Shown piece by piece: positions 12,508 to 24,579 of a stretch of 64,000 nt of DNA (position 1 is its first letter; each line of letters begins with the position of its first letter). The stretch is from Escherichia coli (GTDB taxonomy: Bacteria > Pseudomonadota > Gammaproteobacteria > Enterobacterales > Enterobacteriaceae), in NCBI RefSeq assembly GCF_048403405.1, contig NZ_CP183129.1, one strand, 5' to 3'. Under the pieces are notes generated by a model. It saw only the letters and a program-made list of their open reading frames with translations. It was not told where the DNA came from and ran no database searches. Position numbers and translations under genes: made by a program.

Positions 12508-13773
12508 ATGAGCAAAACACATTTAACAGAACAGAAGTTTTCCGACTTCGCCCTGCATCCGAAGGTTGTAGAAGCCCTTGAAAAAAAAGGGTTTCATAAC
12601 TGTACGCCCATTCAGGCACTGGCCCTTCCGCTGACGCTGGCGGGTCGTGACGTAGCCGGGCAGGCGCAAACCGGTACCGGAAAAACGATGGCGTTTCTTA
12701 CGTCAACGTTTCATTATCTTCTCTCTCATCCCGCGATTGCCGATCGCAAGGTGAATCAACCGCGTGCCTTAATTATGGCACCGACGCGTGAACTTGCCGT
12801 GCAGATCCATGCCGACGCAGAACCGCTGGCGGAAGCTACTGGCCTGAAGCTGGGTCTGGCTTACGGTGGTGATGGCTACGACAAACAGCTGAAAGTGCTG
12901 GAAAGCGGCGTTGACATTCTGATTGGCACCACGGGTCGTTTAATTGACTACGCCAAGCAGAACCACATTAACCTCGGTGCCATTCAGGTAGTGGTACTGG
13001 ACGAAGCCGATCGTATGTACGATCTGGGCTTTATTAAAGATATCCGCTGGCTGTTCCGCCGTATGCCGCCTGCAAACCAGCGCCTCAACATGCTGTTCTC
13101 CGCCACGCTTTCGTACCGGGTACGTGAACTGGCGTTCGAGCAGATGAACAATGCCGAATATATTGAAGTGGAACCGGAACAGAAAACGGGCCACCGTATT
13201 AAAGAAGAGCTTTTCTACCCTTCTAACGAAGAAAAAATGCGTTTGCTGCAAACGCTGATCGAAGAAGAGTGGCCAGACAGAGCGATTATTTTCGCCAACA
13301 CCAAACACCGTTGTGAAGAGATCTGGGGCCACCTGGCGGCAGATGGTCATCGTGTCGGTTTGTTGACAGGCGATGTCGCGCAGAAAAAACGTCTGCGTAT
13401 TCTTGATGAATTTACCCGTGGGGATCTGGATATTCTGGTTGCCACCGACGTTGCCGCGCGTGGCCTGCATATCCCGGCTGTGACGCACGTCTTTAACTAC
13501 GATTTACCCGATGACTGTGAAGATTACGTTCACCGTATTGGTCGTACAGGTCGTGCAGGCGCAAGTGGTCATTCCATCAGCCTGGCATGTGAAGAGTATG
13601 CATTGAATTTGCCTGCTATTGAGACCTATATTGGTCACTCAATTCCGGTAAGCAAATACAATCCGGACGCATTGATGACCGATCTGCCTAAACCGCTGCG
13701 CCTCACGCGCCCGCGCACAGGCAATGGTCCGCGTCGTACTGGCGCTCCGCGTAATCGTCGTCGTTCAGGTTAA
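12508..13773 (+). CDS. rhlB: ATP-dependent RNA helicase RhlB
   Basis: 421-aa ORF; DEAD-box motifs ([22 protein letters not shown]); ATG at 12508. Confidence 0.96.
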
Positions 13774-13908
13774 ATAAAAAATGTCATACTCAAAATCATT
13801 CAAACTGTATCAAGATGGCCAGAGAATGAACCCCGATGAGCTTACTGTAGTAAGTGATTCAGGTGAAAGAATGCAGCCAACACAGAGACAGATTGAAGGA
13901 TGAAGAGT

Positions 13909-15393
13909 ATGGGTTCCACCTCGTCGCTGTATGCAGCCATTGATCTCGGTTCGAATAGTTTTCATATGCTGGTTGTGCGCGAGGTGGCTGGAAGCATCCA
14001 GACGCTGACGCGAATTAAACGCAAAGTGCGTCTGGCTGCTGGCCTGAATAGCGAAAATGCCCTCTCTAATGAAGCAATGGAGCGCGGTTGGCAATGTCTG
14101 CGCCTGTTTGCTGAACGTCTGCAAGATATCCCTCCCTCGCAAATTCGCGTTGTCGCTACGGCGACATTACGACTTGCCGTCAATGCGGGTGATTTTATTG
14201 CCAAAGCACAGGAAATCCTCGGTTGTCCGGTACAGGTGATCAGCGGTGAAGAGGAAGCACGTCTGATTTATCAGGGCGTTGCTCACACAACTGGCGGTGC
14301 CGATCAGCGCCTGGTGGTGGATATAGGCGGTGCCAGTACTGAACTGGTAACCGGCACGGGTGCACAAACCACCTCGTTGTTCAGCCTGTCGATGGGCTGT
14401 GTCACCTGGCTGGAACGCTATTTTGCCGATCGTAATCTGGGGCAGGAAAATTTTGATGCTGCAGAAAAAGCGGCACGCGAAGTGTTACGTCCGGTTGCCG
14501 ATGAATTACGGTATCACGGCTGGAAAGTGTGCGTTGGCGCTTCCGGCACCGTGCAGGCGTTACAGGAAATCATGATGGCACAGGGGATGGATGAACGCAT
14601 TACCCTGGAAAAGTTGCAGCAACTGAAACAGCGAGCCATTCATTGCGGTCGGCTGGAGGAACTGGAGATTGACGGGCTGACGCTGGAACGTGCGTTAGTG
14701 TTCCCGAGTGGTCTGGCAATCCTGATAGCCATTTTTACCGAACTGAATATTCAGTGTATGACCCTGGCGGGTGGTGCGCTGCGTGAAGGCCTGGTCTACG
14801 GCATGTTGCATCTGACCGTCGAGCAGGATATTCGCAGCCGTACGCTGCGTAATATTCAGCGCCGCTTTATGATCGATATTGATCAGGCACAGCGCGTAGC
14901 CAAAGTTGCGGCTAACTTCTTCGATCAGGTGAAAAACGAATGGCATCTTGAAGCAATAAGCCGCGATTTGCTCATCAGCGCCTGCCAGCTTCATGAAATC
15001 GGCCTGAGCGTTGACTTCAAACAAGCGCCGCAACACGCTGCTTATCTGGTACGTAATCTGGATCTTCCCGGTTTTACCCCCGCACAGAAAAAACTGCTGG
15101 CGACGCTACTGCTCAACCAGACGAATCCGGTCGATCTCTCATCGCTGCATCAGCAAAATGCCGTACCGCCGCGCGTCGCAGAACAACTCTGCCGCTTACT
15201 TCGCCTGGCCATCATTTTTGCCAGCCGTCGCCGTGACGATCTCGTGCCAGAGATGACATTACAGGCTAACCATGAACTGTTGACCTTGACGCTTCCGCAA
15301 GGTTGGCTAACCCAACATCCGCTCGGTAAAGAGATTATTGCTCAGGAAAGCCAGTGGCAGAGCTATGTCCACTGGCCGCTGGAAGTGCATTAA
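13909..15393 (+). CDS. gppA: guanosine pentaphosphate phosphohydrolase GppA
   Basis: 494 aa from ATG 13909 ([23 protein letters not shown]...); Ppx/GppA fold; an in-frame ATG at 13900 is an alternative start. Confidence 0.94.
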   Translation: MGSTSSLYAAIDLGSNSFHMLVVREVAGSIQTLTRIKRKVRLAAGLNSENALSNEAMERGWQCLRLFAERLQDIPPSQIRVVATATLRLAVNAGDFIAKAQEILGCPVQVISGEEEARLIYQGVAHTTGGADQRLVVDIGGASTELVTGTGAQTTSLFSLSMGCVTWLERYFADRNLGQENFDAAEKAAREVLRPVADELRYHGWKVCVGASGTVQALQEIMMAQGMDERITLEKLQQLKQRAIHCGRLEELEIDGLTLERALVFPSGLAILIAIFTELNIQCMTLAGGALREGLVYGMLHLTVEQDIRSRTLRNIQRRFMIDIDQAQRVAKVAANFFDQVKNEWHLEAISRDLLISACQLHEIGLSVDFKQAPQHAAYLVRNLDLPGFTPAQKKLLATLLLNQTNPVDLSSLHQQNAVPPRVAEQLCRLLRLAIIFASRRRDDLVPEMTLQANHELLTLTLPQGWLTQHPLGKEIIAQESQWQSYVHWPLEVH

Positions 15394-15402
15394 TGAGTAA
15401 GT

Positions 15403-15435
15403 GCCGGATGCGATGCTGACGCATCTTTTCCGGCC
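15403..15435. repeat. REP (repetitive extragenic palindrome) element
   Basis: gccggatgcgatgctgacgcatcttttccggc, typical GCCGGATG...CCGGC REP architecture, between convergent gppA and rep. Confidence 0.7.
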
Positions 15436-15439
15436 TTGA

Positions 15440-17461
15440 TTATTTCCCTCGTTTTGCCGCCATCATCGCTTTCAGATTCGCCAGATGGCTTTGCCCTTTC
15501 TGCATCCGTTCTTCGGCGCTGACCACTTTGCGCTCCTGTTCCCAAATCAGATCATCCTGCGGCAGCTCCAGCAAAAAGCGGCTCGGCTCCGGGCGCACCA
15601 GTTCGCCGTACTGACGGCGTTCTTTACACAGCGTAAAGGTCAATTCCTTCTGGGCGCGGGTAATGCCGACATAGGCCAGCCGCCGCTCCTCATCGATATT
15701 ATCTTCATCGATACTGCTCTGGTGCGGCAAAAACCCTTCTTCCATACCGACCATGTAGACATAAGGAAACTCCAGCCCTTTCGACGCGTGCAGAGTCATC
15801 AGTTGTACCTGATCTAACTCTTCATCACTCTCGCCGCGCTCCATCATGTCGCGCAGAGTAAAGCGCGTCACCACCTGGGTGAGCGTCATCGGCTCATCCA
15901 GTTCGCTACCTTCCAGCATCTCCGTCATCCAGCTAAACAGTTGGTTGACGTTCTTCATGCGCATTTCGGCGGCTTTCGGGCTGGGCGATGTTTCGTACAG
16001 CCAGGATTCATAATCCATGCCGTGGATCAGATCGCGTACCGCGGCAATCGGCTCCCGCTCCGCCAGACGCTGGATTTCTGCCAACCAATGAGTGAAGCGG
16101 GTCAATGCTTCATAACCACGTCCGCTAAGCGTCTGACTCAGGCCCATATCAAAGCTGGCGGTAAACATGCTTTTATTGCGCGTCATCGCCCACTCACCCA
16201 GCTTTTTCAGCGTAGCCGGGCCAATCTCTCGCTTCGGCGTGTTAACAATACGCAGAAATGCGCTGTCATCGTCCGGGTTAGTCAGCACGCGCAGATAAGC
16301 CAGCAAATCCTTGATTTCAGGACGAGAGAAAAACGACGTACCACCAGAAATTTTGTACGGGATGCGGTTTTGCATCAGGAATTTTTCAAACACCCGCGAC
16401 TGATGGTTACCGCGATAAAGAATGGCGTAATCTTTGTACTGCGTTTTATTGACGAAGTGATGCGCGATCAGCTCGCCAGTAACGCGCTCGGCTTCATGTT
16501 CCTCGTTATTCGCGCTTAAAACTTTTAGCTCTGTGCCGTAGCCCAGTTCGGAGAACAGACGCTTTTCAAAGACGTGCGGGTTATTGGCAATGAGGATGTT
16601 CGCCGCTTTCAGAATACGTCCGGAAGAGCGGTAGTTCTGCTCAAGCTTAATCACCTTCAGTGCCGGGAAATCCTGACTCAGCAGCACCAGGTTTTGCGGA
16701 CGTGCACCGCGCCAGGAGTAGATCGACTGGTCGTCATCGCCAACTACGGTAAAGCGCGCGCGGCTGCCCACCAGCAGTTTCACCAGTTCATACTGGCTGG
16801 TGTTGGTGTCCTGATACTCATCCACCAGCAGGTAGCGAATTTTGTTCTGCCAGCGCTCGCGGACTTCTTCATTGCGTTGCAGCAGTAACGTCGGCAATAA
16901 AATCAGATCATCGAAGTCGAGCACATTACAGGCTTTCAGGTGTGCATCATACAGCCCATAACAATGGGCAAAAATACGGTCCCGCTCGCCAATCGCACTG
17001 GCTGCCGCCTGGGACGGTGTTTTGAGATCGTTCTTCCAGTTAGAGATGGTCGAAATCAGCTGTTGCAGGAGGACTTTGTCATCTTCAATCAGCCCCTCGG
17101 TCAGCTCTTTAAGCAACGCCAGCTGATCGGTGTCATCAAACAGCGAAAAGTTCGCTTTCATCCCCAACGCCGCATACTCACGCTTGATGATATCCAGCCC
17201 CAGCGTGTGGAAGGTGGAAATCATCAGCCCGCGCGCCTCTTTGCGCCCCAGCGTCTGCCCGACACGCTCTTTCATCTCGCGCGCCGCCTTATTGGTAAAG
17301 GTCACCGCCGCGATATGTCGCGCCTGATAACCGCAACCGCGGATCAGATGGGCGATTTTATTGGTGATGACACGAGTTTTACCGGAACCCGCGCCTGCCA
17401 GCACCAGGCAGGGGCCGGTAACGAATTCGACAGCTTGTTGTTGGCCGGGGTTTAGACGCAT
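15440..17461 (-). CDS. rep: ATP-dependent DNA helicase Rep
   Basis: 673 aa from ATG at 17459-17461 ([31 protein letters not shown]...); UvrD/Rep SF1 motifs; track ORF has a 17-codon extension. Confidence 0.96.
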   Translation of the reverse strand: MRLNPGQQQAVEFVTGPCLVLAGAGSGKTRVITNKIAHLIRGCGYQARHIAAVTFTNKAAREMKERVGQTLGRKEARGLMISTFHTLGLDIIKREYAALGMKANFSLFDDTDQLALLKELTEGLIEDDKVLLQQLISTISNWKNDLKTPSQAAASAIGERDRIFAHCYGLYDAHLKACNVLDFDDLILLPTLLLQRNEEVRERWQNKIRYLLVDEYQDTNTSQYELVKLLVGSRARFTVVGDDDQSIYSWRGARPQNLVLLSQDFPALKVIKLEQNYRSSGRILKAANILIANNPHVFEKRLFSELGYGTELKVLSANNEEHEAERVTGELIAHHFVNKTQYKDYAILYRGNHQSRVFEKFLMQNRIPYKISGGTSFFSRPEIKDLLAYLRVLTNPDDDSAFLRIVNTPKREIGPATLKKLGEWAMTRNKSMFTASFDMGLSQTLSGRGYEALTRFTHWLAEIQRLAEREPIAAVRDLIHGMDYESWLYETSPSPKAAEMRMKNVNQLFSWMTEMLEGSELDEPMTLTQVVTRFTLRDMMERGESDEELDQVQLMTLHASKGLEFPYVYMVGMEEGFLPHQSSIDEDNIDEERRLAYVGITRAQKELTFTLCKERRQYGELVRPEPSRFLLELPQDDLIWEQERKVVSAEERMQKGQSHLANLKAMMAAKRGK

Positions 17462-17677
17462 AGGTGTATTGCTCAATCTTCGAACGGGGGGAGGATTGTA
17501 GCAGAATCGCATTTGAATGTGACCGAGTGAAAACCGCTAACCGGATGGCTGCGGATGTTTAAATCAGAGAGGGAAGGCCGAAACCGGAGTTCATCATGAA
17601 TCCATTAGACTTAGAAAATATCGGGTCGTAACGTTGTGTTATTACTTTTTCAGAGTTTACTAAGGAGAGGTTTACTC

Positions 17678-18127
17678 GTGGCGATTAATTTCAGCCCCAA
17701 GGTTGGTGAAATACTGGAATGCAACTTTGGTAACTATCCTGTTAGCCAGAATGGACAGTTCAGCACGACGTATTACGATGGCCGCATTCCACCTGAGATG
17801 ATAAAAAATAGGTTGGTTGTCGTGCTCAACGGAAAAATTAATGGCAACGCATGTATCGTCGTTCCATTATCAACCACTCGCGACCATGACAAGTTAAATC
17901 GTGGAATGCATGTTGAAATAGCCAGTAATGTTATCAATGACATGCATTTCTTTGATCAGCAGATACGTTGGGCTAAAGCCGACCTGGTACAACAAGTCAG
18001 TCGAAACCGATTAAACAGAGCAAGGACTTATCGGGGGTATCTTAATCAATGTTTGCCACATGAGTTGGTTGCAGACATACAGAGGGCAGTCATCAAGTCA
18101 ATCAATGCCATATCGCTCATAAATTGA
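17678..18127 (+). CDS. yifN: PemK/MazF-like toxin-family protein (yifN-like), intact
   Basis: ORF-track frame 17636-18127; best start is GTG 17678 preceded by SD taaggagagg (17661-17670); sequence VAINFSPKVGEILECNF...RLVVVLNG...CIVVPLSTT resembles the PemK/MazF fold pattern; visibly A+T-rich relative to flanks. Confidence 0.6.
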   Translation: MAINFSPKVGEILECNFGNYPVSQNGQFSTTYYDGRIPPEMIKNRLVVVLNGKINGNACIVVPLSTTRDHDKLNRGMHVEIASNVINDMHFFDQQIRWAKADLVQQVSRNRLNRARTYRGYLNQCLPHELVADIQRAVIKSINAISLIN

Positions 18128-18254
18128 CAATAAAATCACCATCCCCGATAATGACTCTGTAGCCCATAGAGGCCCTAAGTTTTCTCCCCTTGAGGGACCT
18201 GCGAAGCCCGGATTTTCCGGGCTTTTGCCATATATGTCCCCCCTCCCTGACTGA

Positions 18255-18560
<306 letters not shown>

Positions 18561-18564
18561 TAGC

Positions 18565-18589
18565 AAGGCCTTCTCCGGGAGAAGGCCTT
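18565..18589. terminator. Hairpin between convergent ppiC and ilvC (probable bidirectional terminator)
   Basis: 11-bp stem aaggccttctc/gagaaggcctt with 3-nt loop, directly after the ppiC stop and before the ilvC stop. Confidence 0.6.
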
Positions 18590-18605
18590 GAACTCTGAAT
18601 CGCAC

Positions 18606-20081
18606 TTAACCCGCAACAGCAATGCGTTTCATATCTGTCATATAGCCGCGCAGTTTCTTACCTACCTGCTCAATCGCATGACTGCGAATCGCTTCGTTCA
18701 CATCACGCAACTGCGCGTTATCTACCGCACCTTCCGGAATAGCTTTACCCAGGTCGCCCGGTTGCAGCTCTGCCATAAACGGTTTCAGCAGCGGCACACA
18801 AGCGTAAGAGAACAGATAGTTACCGTACTCAGCGGTATCAGAGATAACCACGTTCATTTCGTACAGACGCTTACGGGCGATGGTGTTGGCAATCAGCGGC
18901 AGTTCGTGCAGTGATTCATAGTAAGCAGACTCTTCAATGATGCCGGAATCAACCATGGTTTCAAACGCCAGCTCAACGCCCGCTTTCACCATCGCGATCA
19001 TCAGTACGCCTTTATCGAAGTACTCCTGCTCGCCGATTTTGCCTTCATATTGCGGCGCGGTTTCGAACGCGGTTTTGCCGGTCTCTTCACGCCAGGTCAG
19101 CAGTTTCTTATCATCGTTGGCCCAGTCCGCCATCATACCGGAAGAGAATTCGCCGGAGATGATGTCATCCATATGTTTCTGGAACAGGGGTGCCATGATC
19201 TCTTTCAGCTGTTCAGAAAGCGCGTAAGCACGCAGTTTCGCCGGGTTAGAGAGACGGTCCATCATCAGCGTGATGCCGCCCTGTTTCAGTGCTTCGGTGA
19301 TGGTTTCCCAACCGAACTGAATCAGTTTTTCTGCGTATGCCGGATCGGTGCCTTCTTCCACCAGTTTGTCGAAGCACAGCAGAGAACCAGCCTGCAACAT
19401 ACCGCACAGGATGGTTTGCTCGCCCATCAGGTCAGATTTCACTTCCGCAACAAAAGAGGATTCCAGCACGCCCGCACGGTGACCGCCGGTTGCAGCCGCC
19501 CATGCTTTAGCGATCGCCATGCCTTCGCCTTTCGGATCGTTTTCCGGGTGAACGGCAATCAGCGTCGGTACGCCGAATCCACGTTTGTATTCTTCACGCA
19601 CTTCGGTGCCTGGGCATTTCGGCGCAACCATCACCACGGTGATGTCTTTACGGATCTGCTCTCCCACTTCGACGATGTTGAAACCGTGCGAGTAACCCAG
19701 CGCCGCGCCGTCTTTCATCAGTGGCTGTACGGTGCGCACTACATCAGAGTGCTGCTTGTCCGGCGTCAGGTTAACCACCAGATCCGCCTGCGGGATCAGT
19801 TCTTCGTAAGTACCAACTTTAAAACCGTTTTCGGTCGCTTTACGCCAGGATGCGCGCTTTTCGGCAATCGCTTCTTTACGCAGAGCGTAGGAGATATCGA
19901 GACCAGAATCACGCATGTTCAGGCCCTGGTTCAGACCCTGTGCGCCACAGCCGACGATGACTACTTTTTTACCCTGAAGGTAGCTCGCGCCATCGGCGAA
20001 TTCATCGCGCCCCATAAAGCGACATTTGCCCAGCTGTGCCAGCTGCTGGCGCAGATTCAGTGTATTGAAGTAGTTAGCCAT
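18606..20081 (-). CDS. ilvC: ketol-acid reductoisomerase IlvC
   Basis: 491 aa from ATG at 20079-20081 ([23 protein letters not shown]...); track ORF has a 74-codon upstream extension that I reject. Confidence 0.96.
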   Translation of the reverse strand: MANYFNTLNLRQQLAQLGKCRFMGRDEFADGASYLQGKKVVIVGCGAQGLNQGLNMRDSGLDISYALRKEAIAEKRASWRKATENGFKVGTYEELIPQADLVVNLTPDKQHSDVVRTVQPLMKDGAALGYSHGFNIVEVGEQIRKDITVVMVAPKCPGTEVREEYKRGFGVPTLIAVHPENDPKGEGMAIAKAWAAATGGHRAGVLESSFVAEVKSDLMGEQTILCGMLQAGSLLCFDKLVEEGTDPAYAEKLIQFGWETITEALKQGGITLMMDRLSNPAKLRAYALSEQLKEIMAPLFQKHMDDIISGEFSSGMMADWANDDKKLLTWREETGKTAFETAPQYEGKIGEQEYFDKGVLMIAMVKAGVELAFETMVDSGIIEESAYYESLHELPLIANTIARKRLYEMNVVISDTAEYGNYLFSYACVPLLKPFMAELQPGDLGKAIPEGAVDNAQLRDVNEAIRSHAIEQVGKKLRGYMTDMKRIAVAG

Positions 20082-20230
20082 GGTGATTCCTCGTGATGTT
20101 GTGCTTCTTATTGTTCGGTTCGCGTTTGCGAGATTGAATTCACTATATGACAGGAAATTTATTGCGGAAATTGATATATTCACAACGTCACATTGCAATT
20201 TCTGCAACGTCAACATTGAGGGCTGCGCCA
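20082..20230. promoter_or_regulatory. ilvC-ilvY divergent promoter/operator region
   Basis: 149-bp divergent intergenic region between ilvC ATG and ilvY TTG start; the position of the IlvY operators is known from the literature, not mapped here. Confidence 0.6.
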
Positions 20231-21121
20231 TTGGATTTACGCGATCTGAAAACCTTCCTGCATCTGGCGGAAAGCCGCCATTTTGGCCGCAGCGCACGGG
20301 CAATGCACGTTAGCCCGTCTACGCTTTCGCGACAAATACAGCGCCTGGAAGAAGATCTCGGTCAGCCGCTGTTTGTGCGCGATAACCGCACGGTAACGCT
20401 GACGGAAGCGGGCGAAGAACTGCGCGTTTTCGCCCAGCAAACGCTGTTGCAATATCAGCAATTGCGCCACACCATCGACCAGCAAGGACCGTCGCTCTCT
20501 GGCGAATTACATATCTTCTGCTCGGTGACCGCTGCCTACAGCCATCTGCCGCCGATTCTGGATCGCTTCCGCGCGGAACACCCGTCGGTGGAGATTAAAC
20601 TCACTACTGGTGATGCGGCAGATGCAATGGAAAAAGTGGTCACTGGCGAAGCGGACCTGGCGATTGCCGGGAAGCCGGAGACGCTACCCGGCGCAGTGGC
20701 GTTTTCGATGCTGGAGAATCTGGCAGTGGTGCTGATTGCCCCCGCGCTGCCCTGCCCGGTGCGTAATCAGGTGTCGGTAGAGAAGCCGGACTGGTCAACG
20801 GTGCCGTTTATCATGGCCGATCAGGGGCCGGTACGCCGCCGCATTGAACTGTGGTTTCGACGCAATAAAATCAGCAACCCGATGATTTACGCCACGGTTG
20901 GCGGACATGAAGCGATGGTATCGATGGTGGCGCTCGGCTGTGGCGTGGCGCTGTTGCCGGAAGTGGTGCTGGAAAACAGCCCCGAACCGGTGCGGAACCG
21001 CGTGATGATTTTAGAGCGCAGCGATGAGAAAACGCCGTTTGAGCTGGGCGTGTGTGCGCAAAAAAAGCGGCTGCATGAGCCGCTGATTGAGGCATTCTGG
21101 AAGATTTTGCCGAACCACTAA
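20231..21121 (+). CDS. ilvY: LysR-family transcriptional regulator IlvY
   Basis: ORF frame 20147-21121; the canonical N-terminus (M)[39 protein letters not shown] (HTH) begins at TTG 20231-20233. Confidence 0.9.
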   Translation: MDLRDLKTFLHLAESRHFGRSARAMHVSPSTLSRQIQRLEEDLGQPLFVRDNRTVTLTEAGEELRVFAQQTLLQYQQLRHTIDQQGPSLSGELHIFCSVTAAYSHLPPILDRFRAEHPSVEIKLTTGDAADAMEKVVTGEADLAIAGKPETLPGAVAFSMLENLAVVLIAPALPCPVRNQVSVEKPDWSTVPFIMADQGPVRRRIELWFRRNKISNPMIYATVGGHEAMVSMVALGCGVALLPEVVLENSPEPVRNRVMILERSDEKTPFELGVCAQKKRLHEPLIEAFWKILPNH

Positions 21122-22662
21122 CCCGCCAAAAAGAACCTGAACGCCGGGTTATTGGTTTCGTCGTGGCAATCGTAGCCCAGCTCATTCAGCCGGGTTTCGA
21201 AATCCGGTTCATGGTCGCCAAGTTCGAACGCCGCCAGTACGCGCCCGTAGTCGGTACCGTGGCTGCGATAATGGAACAAAGAAATGTTCCAGTGCGTACC
21301 CAGCGTGTTGAGGAAGCGCAACAGCGCCCCCGGTGACTCCGGGAATTCGAAGCTGTAGAGGCGTTCCTGCAACGGATGCGATGGACGCCCGCCAACCATA
21401 TAGCGCACATGCAGCTTCGCCATTTCGTCGTCGGAGAGATCAACCACGCTGTAGCCACCGTCGTTGAGCATCTGCAAAATTTCTTTGCGCTCTTCGAGAC
21501 CGCGGCTCAGGCGCACGCCGACAAAAATGCAGGCGTTTTTGGCATCAGCAAAGCGGTAGTTGAACTCGGTGACCGAGCGCCCACCAAGTAACTGGCAGAA
21601 TTTGAGGAAGCTGCCCTTTTCTTCCGGAATGGTCACCGCCAGTAACGCTTCACGCTGTTCGCCCAGTTCGCAGCGTTCCGAGACGTAGCGCAGACCGTGA
21701 AAGTTCACGTTAGCACCGGAAAGAATATGCGCCAGCCGTTCACCGCGAATGTTGTTCTGAGCGATGTATTTTTTCATCCCCGCCAGCGCCAGCGCGCCGG
21801 AGGGTTCCGCCACTGCGCGCACATCTTCGAACAGGTCTTTCATCGCCGCACAGATGGCATCGCTATCGACGGTGATGATGTCGTCAAGATACTCCTGGCA
21901 TAAACGGAAGGTTTCATCGCCGATGCGTTTTACCGCGACGCCTTCAGCAAACAGCCCCACGCGGGGCAGATCAACGGGATGACCTGCATCAAGTGCCGCT
22001 TTCAGGCAGGCGGAATCTTCCGCTTCCACGGCGATCACTTTGATTTGCGGCATCAATTGTTTGATCAGTACCGCGACGCCCGCCGCCAGACCGCCGCCGC
22101 CGACCGGTACAAATACGCGGTCGAGATGGGCGTCCTGCTGGAGCAGTTCCAGCGCCAGCGTGCCTTGCCCGGCGATCACCATCGGATGGTCGAACGGCGG
22201 TACCCAGGTGAAACCCTGCTGCTGTGACAGTTCGATCGCTTTCGCTTTCGCTTCATCGAAATTTGCGCCGTGAAGCAGCACTTCGCCGCCAAAGCCGCGC
22301 ACCGCATCAACTTTGATATCGGCGGTGGCGGTTGGCATGACGATCAGCGCCTTCACGCCTAACCGTGCGGAAGAAAACGCGACGCCCTGCGCGTGGTTAC
22401 CCGCAGAAGCGGTGATCACGCCGTGCGCTTTTTGTTCTTCCGTCAGGCCCGCCATCATGGCGTATGCGCCGCGCAGCTTAAAGCTGTGTACTGGCTGGCG
22501 ATCTTCGCGCTTCACCAGAATCACGTTATCAAGACGCGACGACAGTTTTTCCATTTTCTGTAGCGGCGTGACCTGCGCCGCTTCGTAGACCGGCGCGCGC
22601 AGCACCGCTCTTAAATATTCGGCACCTTCAGGGGCACCGGACAGGGGTTGTGAGTCTGCCAT
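21118..22662 (-). CDS. ilvA: threonine deaminase (threonine dehydratase, biosynthetic) IlvA
   Basis: 514 aa from the second ATG (22660-22662): MADSQPLSGAPEGAEYLRAV...; 3' end overlaps the ilvY stop by 4 nt. Confidence 0.96.
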   Translation of the reverse strand: MADSQPLSGAPEGAEYLRAVLRAPVYEAAQVTPLQKMEKLSSRLDNVILVKREDRQPVHSFKLRGAYAMMAGLTEEQKAHGVITASAGNHAQGVAFSSARLGVKALIVMPTATADIKVDAVRGFGGEVLLHGANFDEAKAKAIELSQQQGFTWVPPFDHPMVIAGQGTLALELLQQDAHLDRVFVPVGGGGLAAGVAVLIKQLMPQIKVIAVEAEDSACLKAALDAGHPVDLPRVGLFAEGVAVKRIGDETFRLCQEYLDDIITVDSDAICAAMKDLFEDVRAVAEPSGALALAGMKKYIAQNNIRGERLAHILSGANVNFHGLRYVSERCELGEQREALLAVTIPEEKGSFLKFCQLLGGRSVTEFNYRFADAKNACIFVGVRLSRGLEERKEILQMLNDGGYSVVDLSDDEMAKLHVRYMVGGRPSHPLQERLYSFEFPESPGALLRFLNTLGTHWNISLFHYRSHGTDYGRVLAAFELGDHEPDFETRLNELGYDCHDETNNPAFRFFLAG

Positions 22663-22664
22663 CA

Positions 22665-24515
22665 TTAACCCCCCAGTTTCGATTTATCGCGCACCGCGCC
22701 TTTGTCGGCGCTGGTTGCCAGGCTGGCGTAGGCACGCAGCGCAAAGGAAACCTGGCGTTCACGGTTTTTCGGCGTCCAGGCTTTGTCGCCACGAGCTTCC
22801 TGCGCTTCACGACGCGCCGCCAGTTCGGCATCGCTTACCTGTAACTGAATGCCACGGTTCGGAATGTCGATAGCGATCAGGTCGCCGTCTTCAATCAGGC
22901 CAATGCTACCGCCGCTTGCCGCTTCCGGTGAGACGTGGCCGATAGAAAGGCCAGAGGTACCGCCAGAGAAACGACCGTCGGTGATCAGCGCACAGGCTTT
23001 ACCGAGACCCATTGATTTCAGGAAGCTGGTTGGGTAGAGCATTTCCTGCATCCCCGGACCGCCTTTCGGGCCTTCATAGCGGATCACCACCACATCGCCC
23101 GCGACAACCTTGCCGCCGAGAATCGCTTCTACCGCGTCGTCCTGGCTTTCGTATACTTTCGCCGGGCCGGTGAATTTGAGGATGCTGTCATCCACGCCTG
23201 CGGTTTTCACGATGCAGCCGTTTTCCGCAAAGTTACCGTAGAGTACCGCCAAGCCGCCGTCTTTGCTGTAGGCGTGTTCCAGCGAGCGGATACAGCCGTT
23301 TGCGCGATCGTCATCGAGAGAATCCCAACGGCAATCCTGCGAGAATGCCTGGGTGGTACGAATGCCCGCCGGGCCAGCGCGGAACATATTTTTTACCGCG
23401 TCATCCTGGGTCAGCATAACGTCGTATTGTTCCAGCGTTTGCGGCAACGTCAGGCCAAGTACGTTTTTCACATCACGGTTCAGTAATCCCGCACGATCCA
23501 GCTCGCCGAGAATACCGATAACACCACCAGCACGATGAACATCTTCCATATGGTATTTCTGGGTGCTCGGCGCAACTTTACACAGCTGCGGAACCTTGCG
23601 GGAAAGCTTATCGATATCACTCATGGTGAAGTCGATTTCCGCTTCCTGCGCCGCCGCCAGCAGGTGAAGTACGGTGTTGGTAGAGCCGCCCATCGCGATA
23701 TCGAGCGTCATGGCGTTTTCAAACGCCGCCTTACTGGCGATATTACGCGGCAGTGCACTTTCGTCATTTTGCTCGTAGTAACGTTTGGTCAATTCAACAA
23801 TGCGTTTACCGGCATTGAGGAACAGCTGCTTACGGTCGGCGTGAGTTGCCAGCAGCGAGCCGTTGCCCGGCTGCGACAGGCCCAGCGCTTCGGTCAGGCA
23901 GTTCATTGAGTTAGCGGTAAACATCCCGGAGCAGGAACCGCAGGTCGGACACGCGGAACGTTCAACCTGATCGCTCTGGGAGTCAGAAACTTTCGGGTCT
24001 GCGCCCTGGATCATCGCATCAACCAGATCGAGCTTAATGATCTGATCGGACAGTTTGGTTTTCCCGGCTTCCATCGGTCCGCCGGAAACAAAGATCACCG
24101 GAATATTCAGGCGCAGGGAAGCCATCAGCATCCCCGGGGTGATTTTGTCGCAGTTAGAGATGCAGACCATGGCGTCGGCGCAGTGAGCGTTGACCATATA
24201 CTCAACGGAATCAGCGATCAGTTCGCGAGATGGCAGTGAATAAAGCATCCCCCCGTGGCCCATGGCAATCCCATCATCCACCGCAATGGTGTTGAACTCT
24301 TTGGCAACGCCGCCAGCCGCTTCAATTTGTTCGGCGACCAGTTTACCGAGATCGCGCAGATGGACGTGACCCGGTACAAATTGGGTGAACGAGTTCACAA
24401 CCGCGATAATCGGCTTACCGAAATCGGCGTCGGTCATTCCGGTGGCGCGCCACAGCGCACGAGCACCCGCCATATTACGACCATGAGTGGTGGTGGCGGA
24501 ACGGTACTTAGGCAT
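22665..24515 (-). CDS. ilvD: dihydroxy-acid dehydratase IlvD
   Basis: 616-aa [30 protein letters not shown]...; ATG at 24513-24515. Confidence 0.97.
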   Translation of the reverse strand: MPKYRSATTTHGRNMAGARALWRATGMTDADFGKPIIAVVNSFTQFVPGHVHLRDLGKLVAEQIEAAGGVAKEFNTIAVDDGIAMGHGGMLYSLPSRELIADSVEYMVNAHCADAMVCISNCDKITPGMLMASLRLNIPVIFVSGGPMEAGKTKLSDQIIKLDLVDAMIQGADPKVSDSQSDQVERSACPTCGSCSGMFTANSMNCLTEALGLSQPGNGSLLATHADRKQLFLNAGKRIVELTKRYYEQNDESALPRNIASKAAFENAMTLDIAMGGSTNTVLHLLAAAQEAEIDFTMSDIDKLSRKVPQLCKVAPSTQKYHMEDVHRAGGVIGILGELDRAGLLNRDVKNVLGLTLPQTLEQYDVMLTQDDAVKNMFRAGPAGIRTTQAFSQDCRWDSLDDDRANGCIRSLEHAYSKDGGLAVLYGNFAENGCIVKTAGVDDSILKFTGPAKVYESQDDAVEAILGGKVVAGDVVVIRYEGPKGGPGMQEMLYPTSFLKSMGLGKACALITDGRFSGGTSGLSIGHVSPEAASGGSIGLIEDGDLIAIDIPNRGIQLQVSDAELAARREAQEARGDKAWTPKNRERQVSFALRAYASLATSADKGAVRDKSKLGG

Positions 24516-24579
24516 ACTTTATTTACTCCCAGTGTCTGTCTCGTAAATGGGACGGTGCGTGCCGTCCCATTTTTTGTAT

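Noticed and set aside
17596-17631. 11-codon mini-ORF (MNPLDLENIGS) upstream of yifN as a candidate antitoxin
   Set aside because: It is far too short for any known antitoxin fold and sits in the rep promoter region; kept only as a note within the yifN finding.
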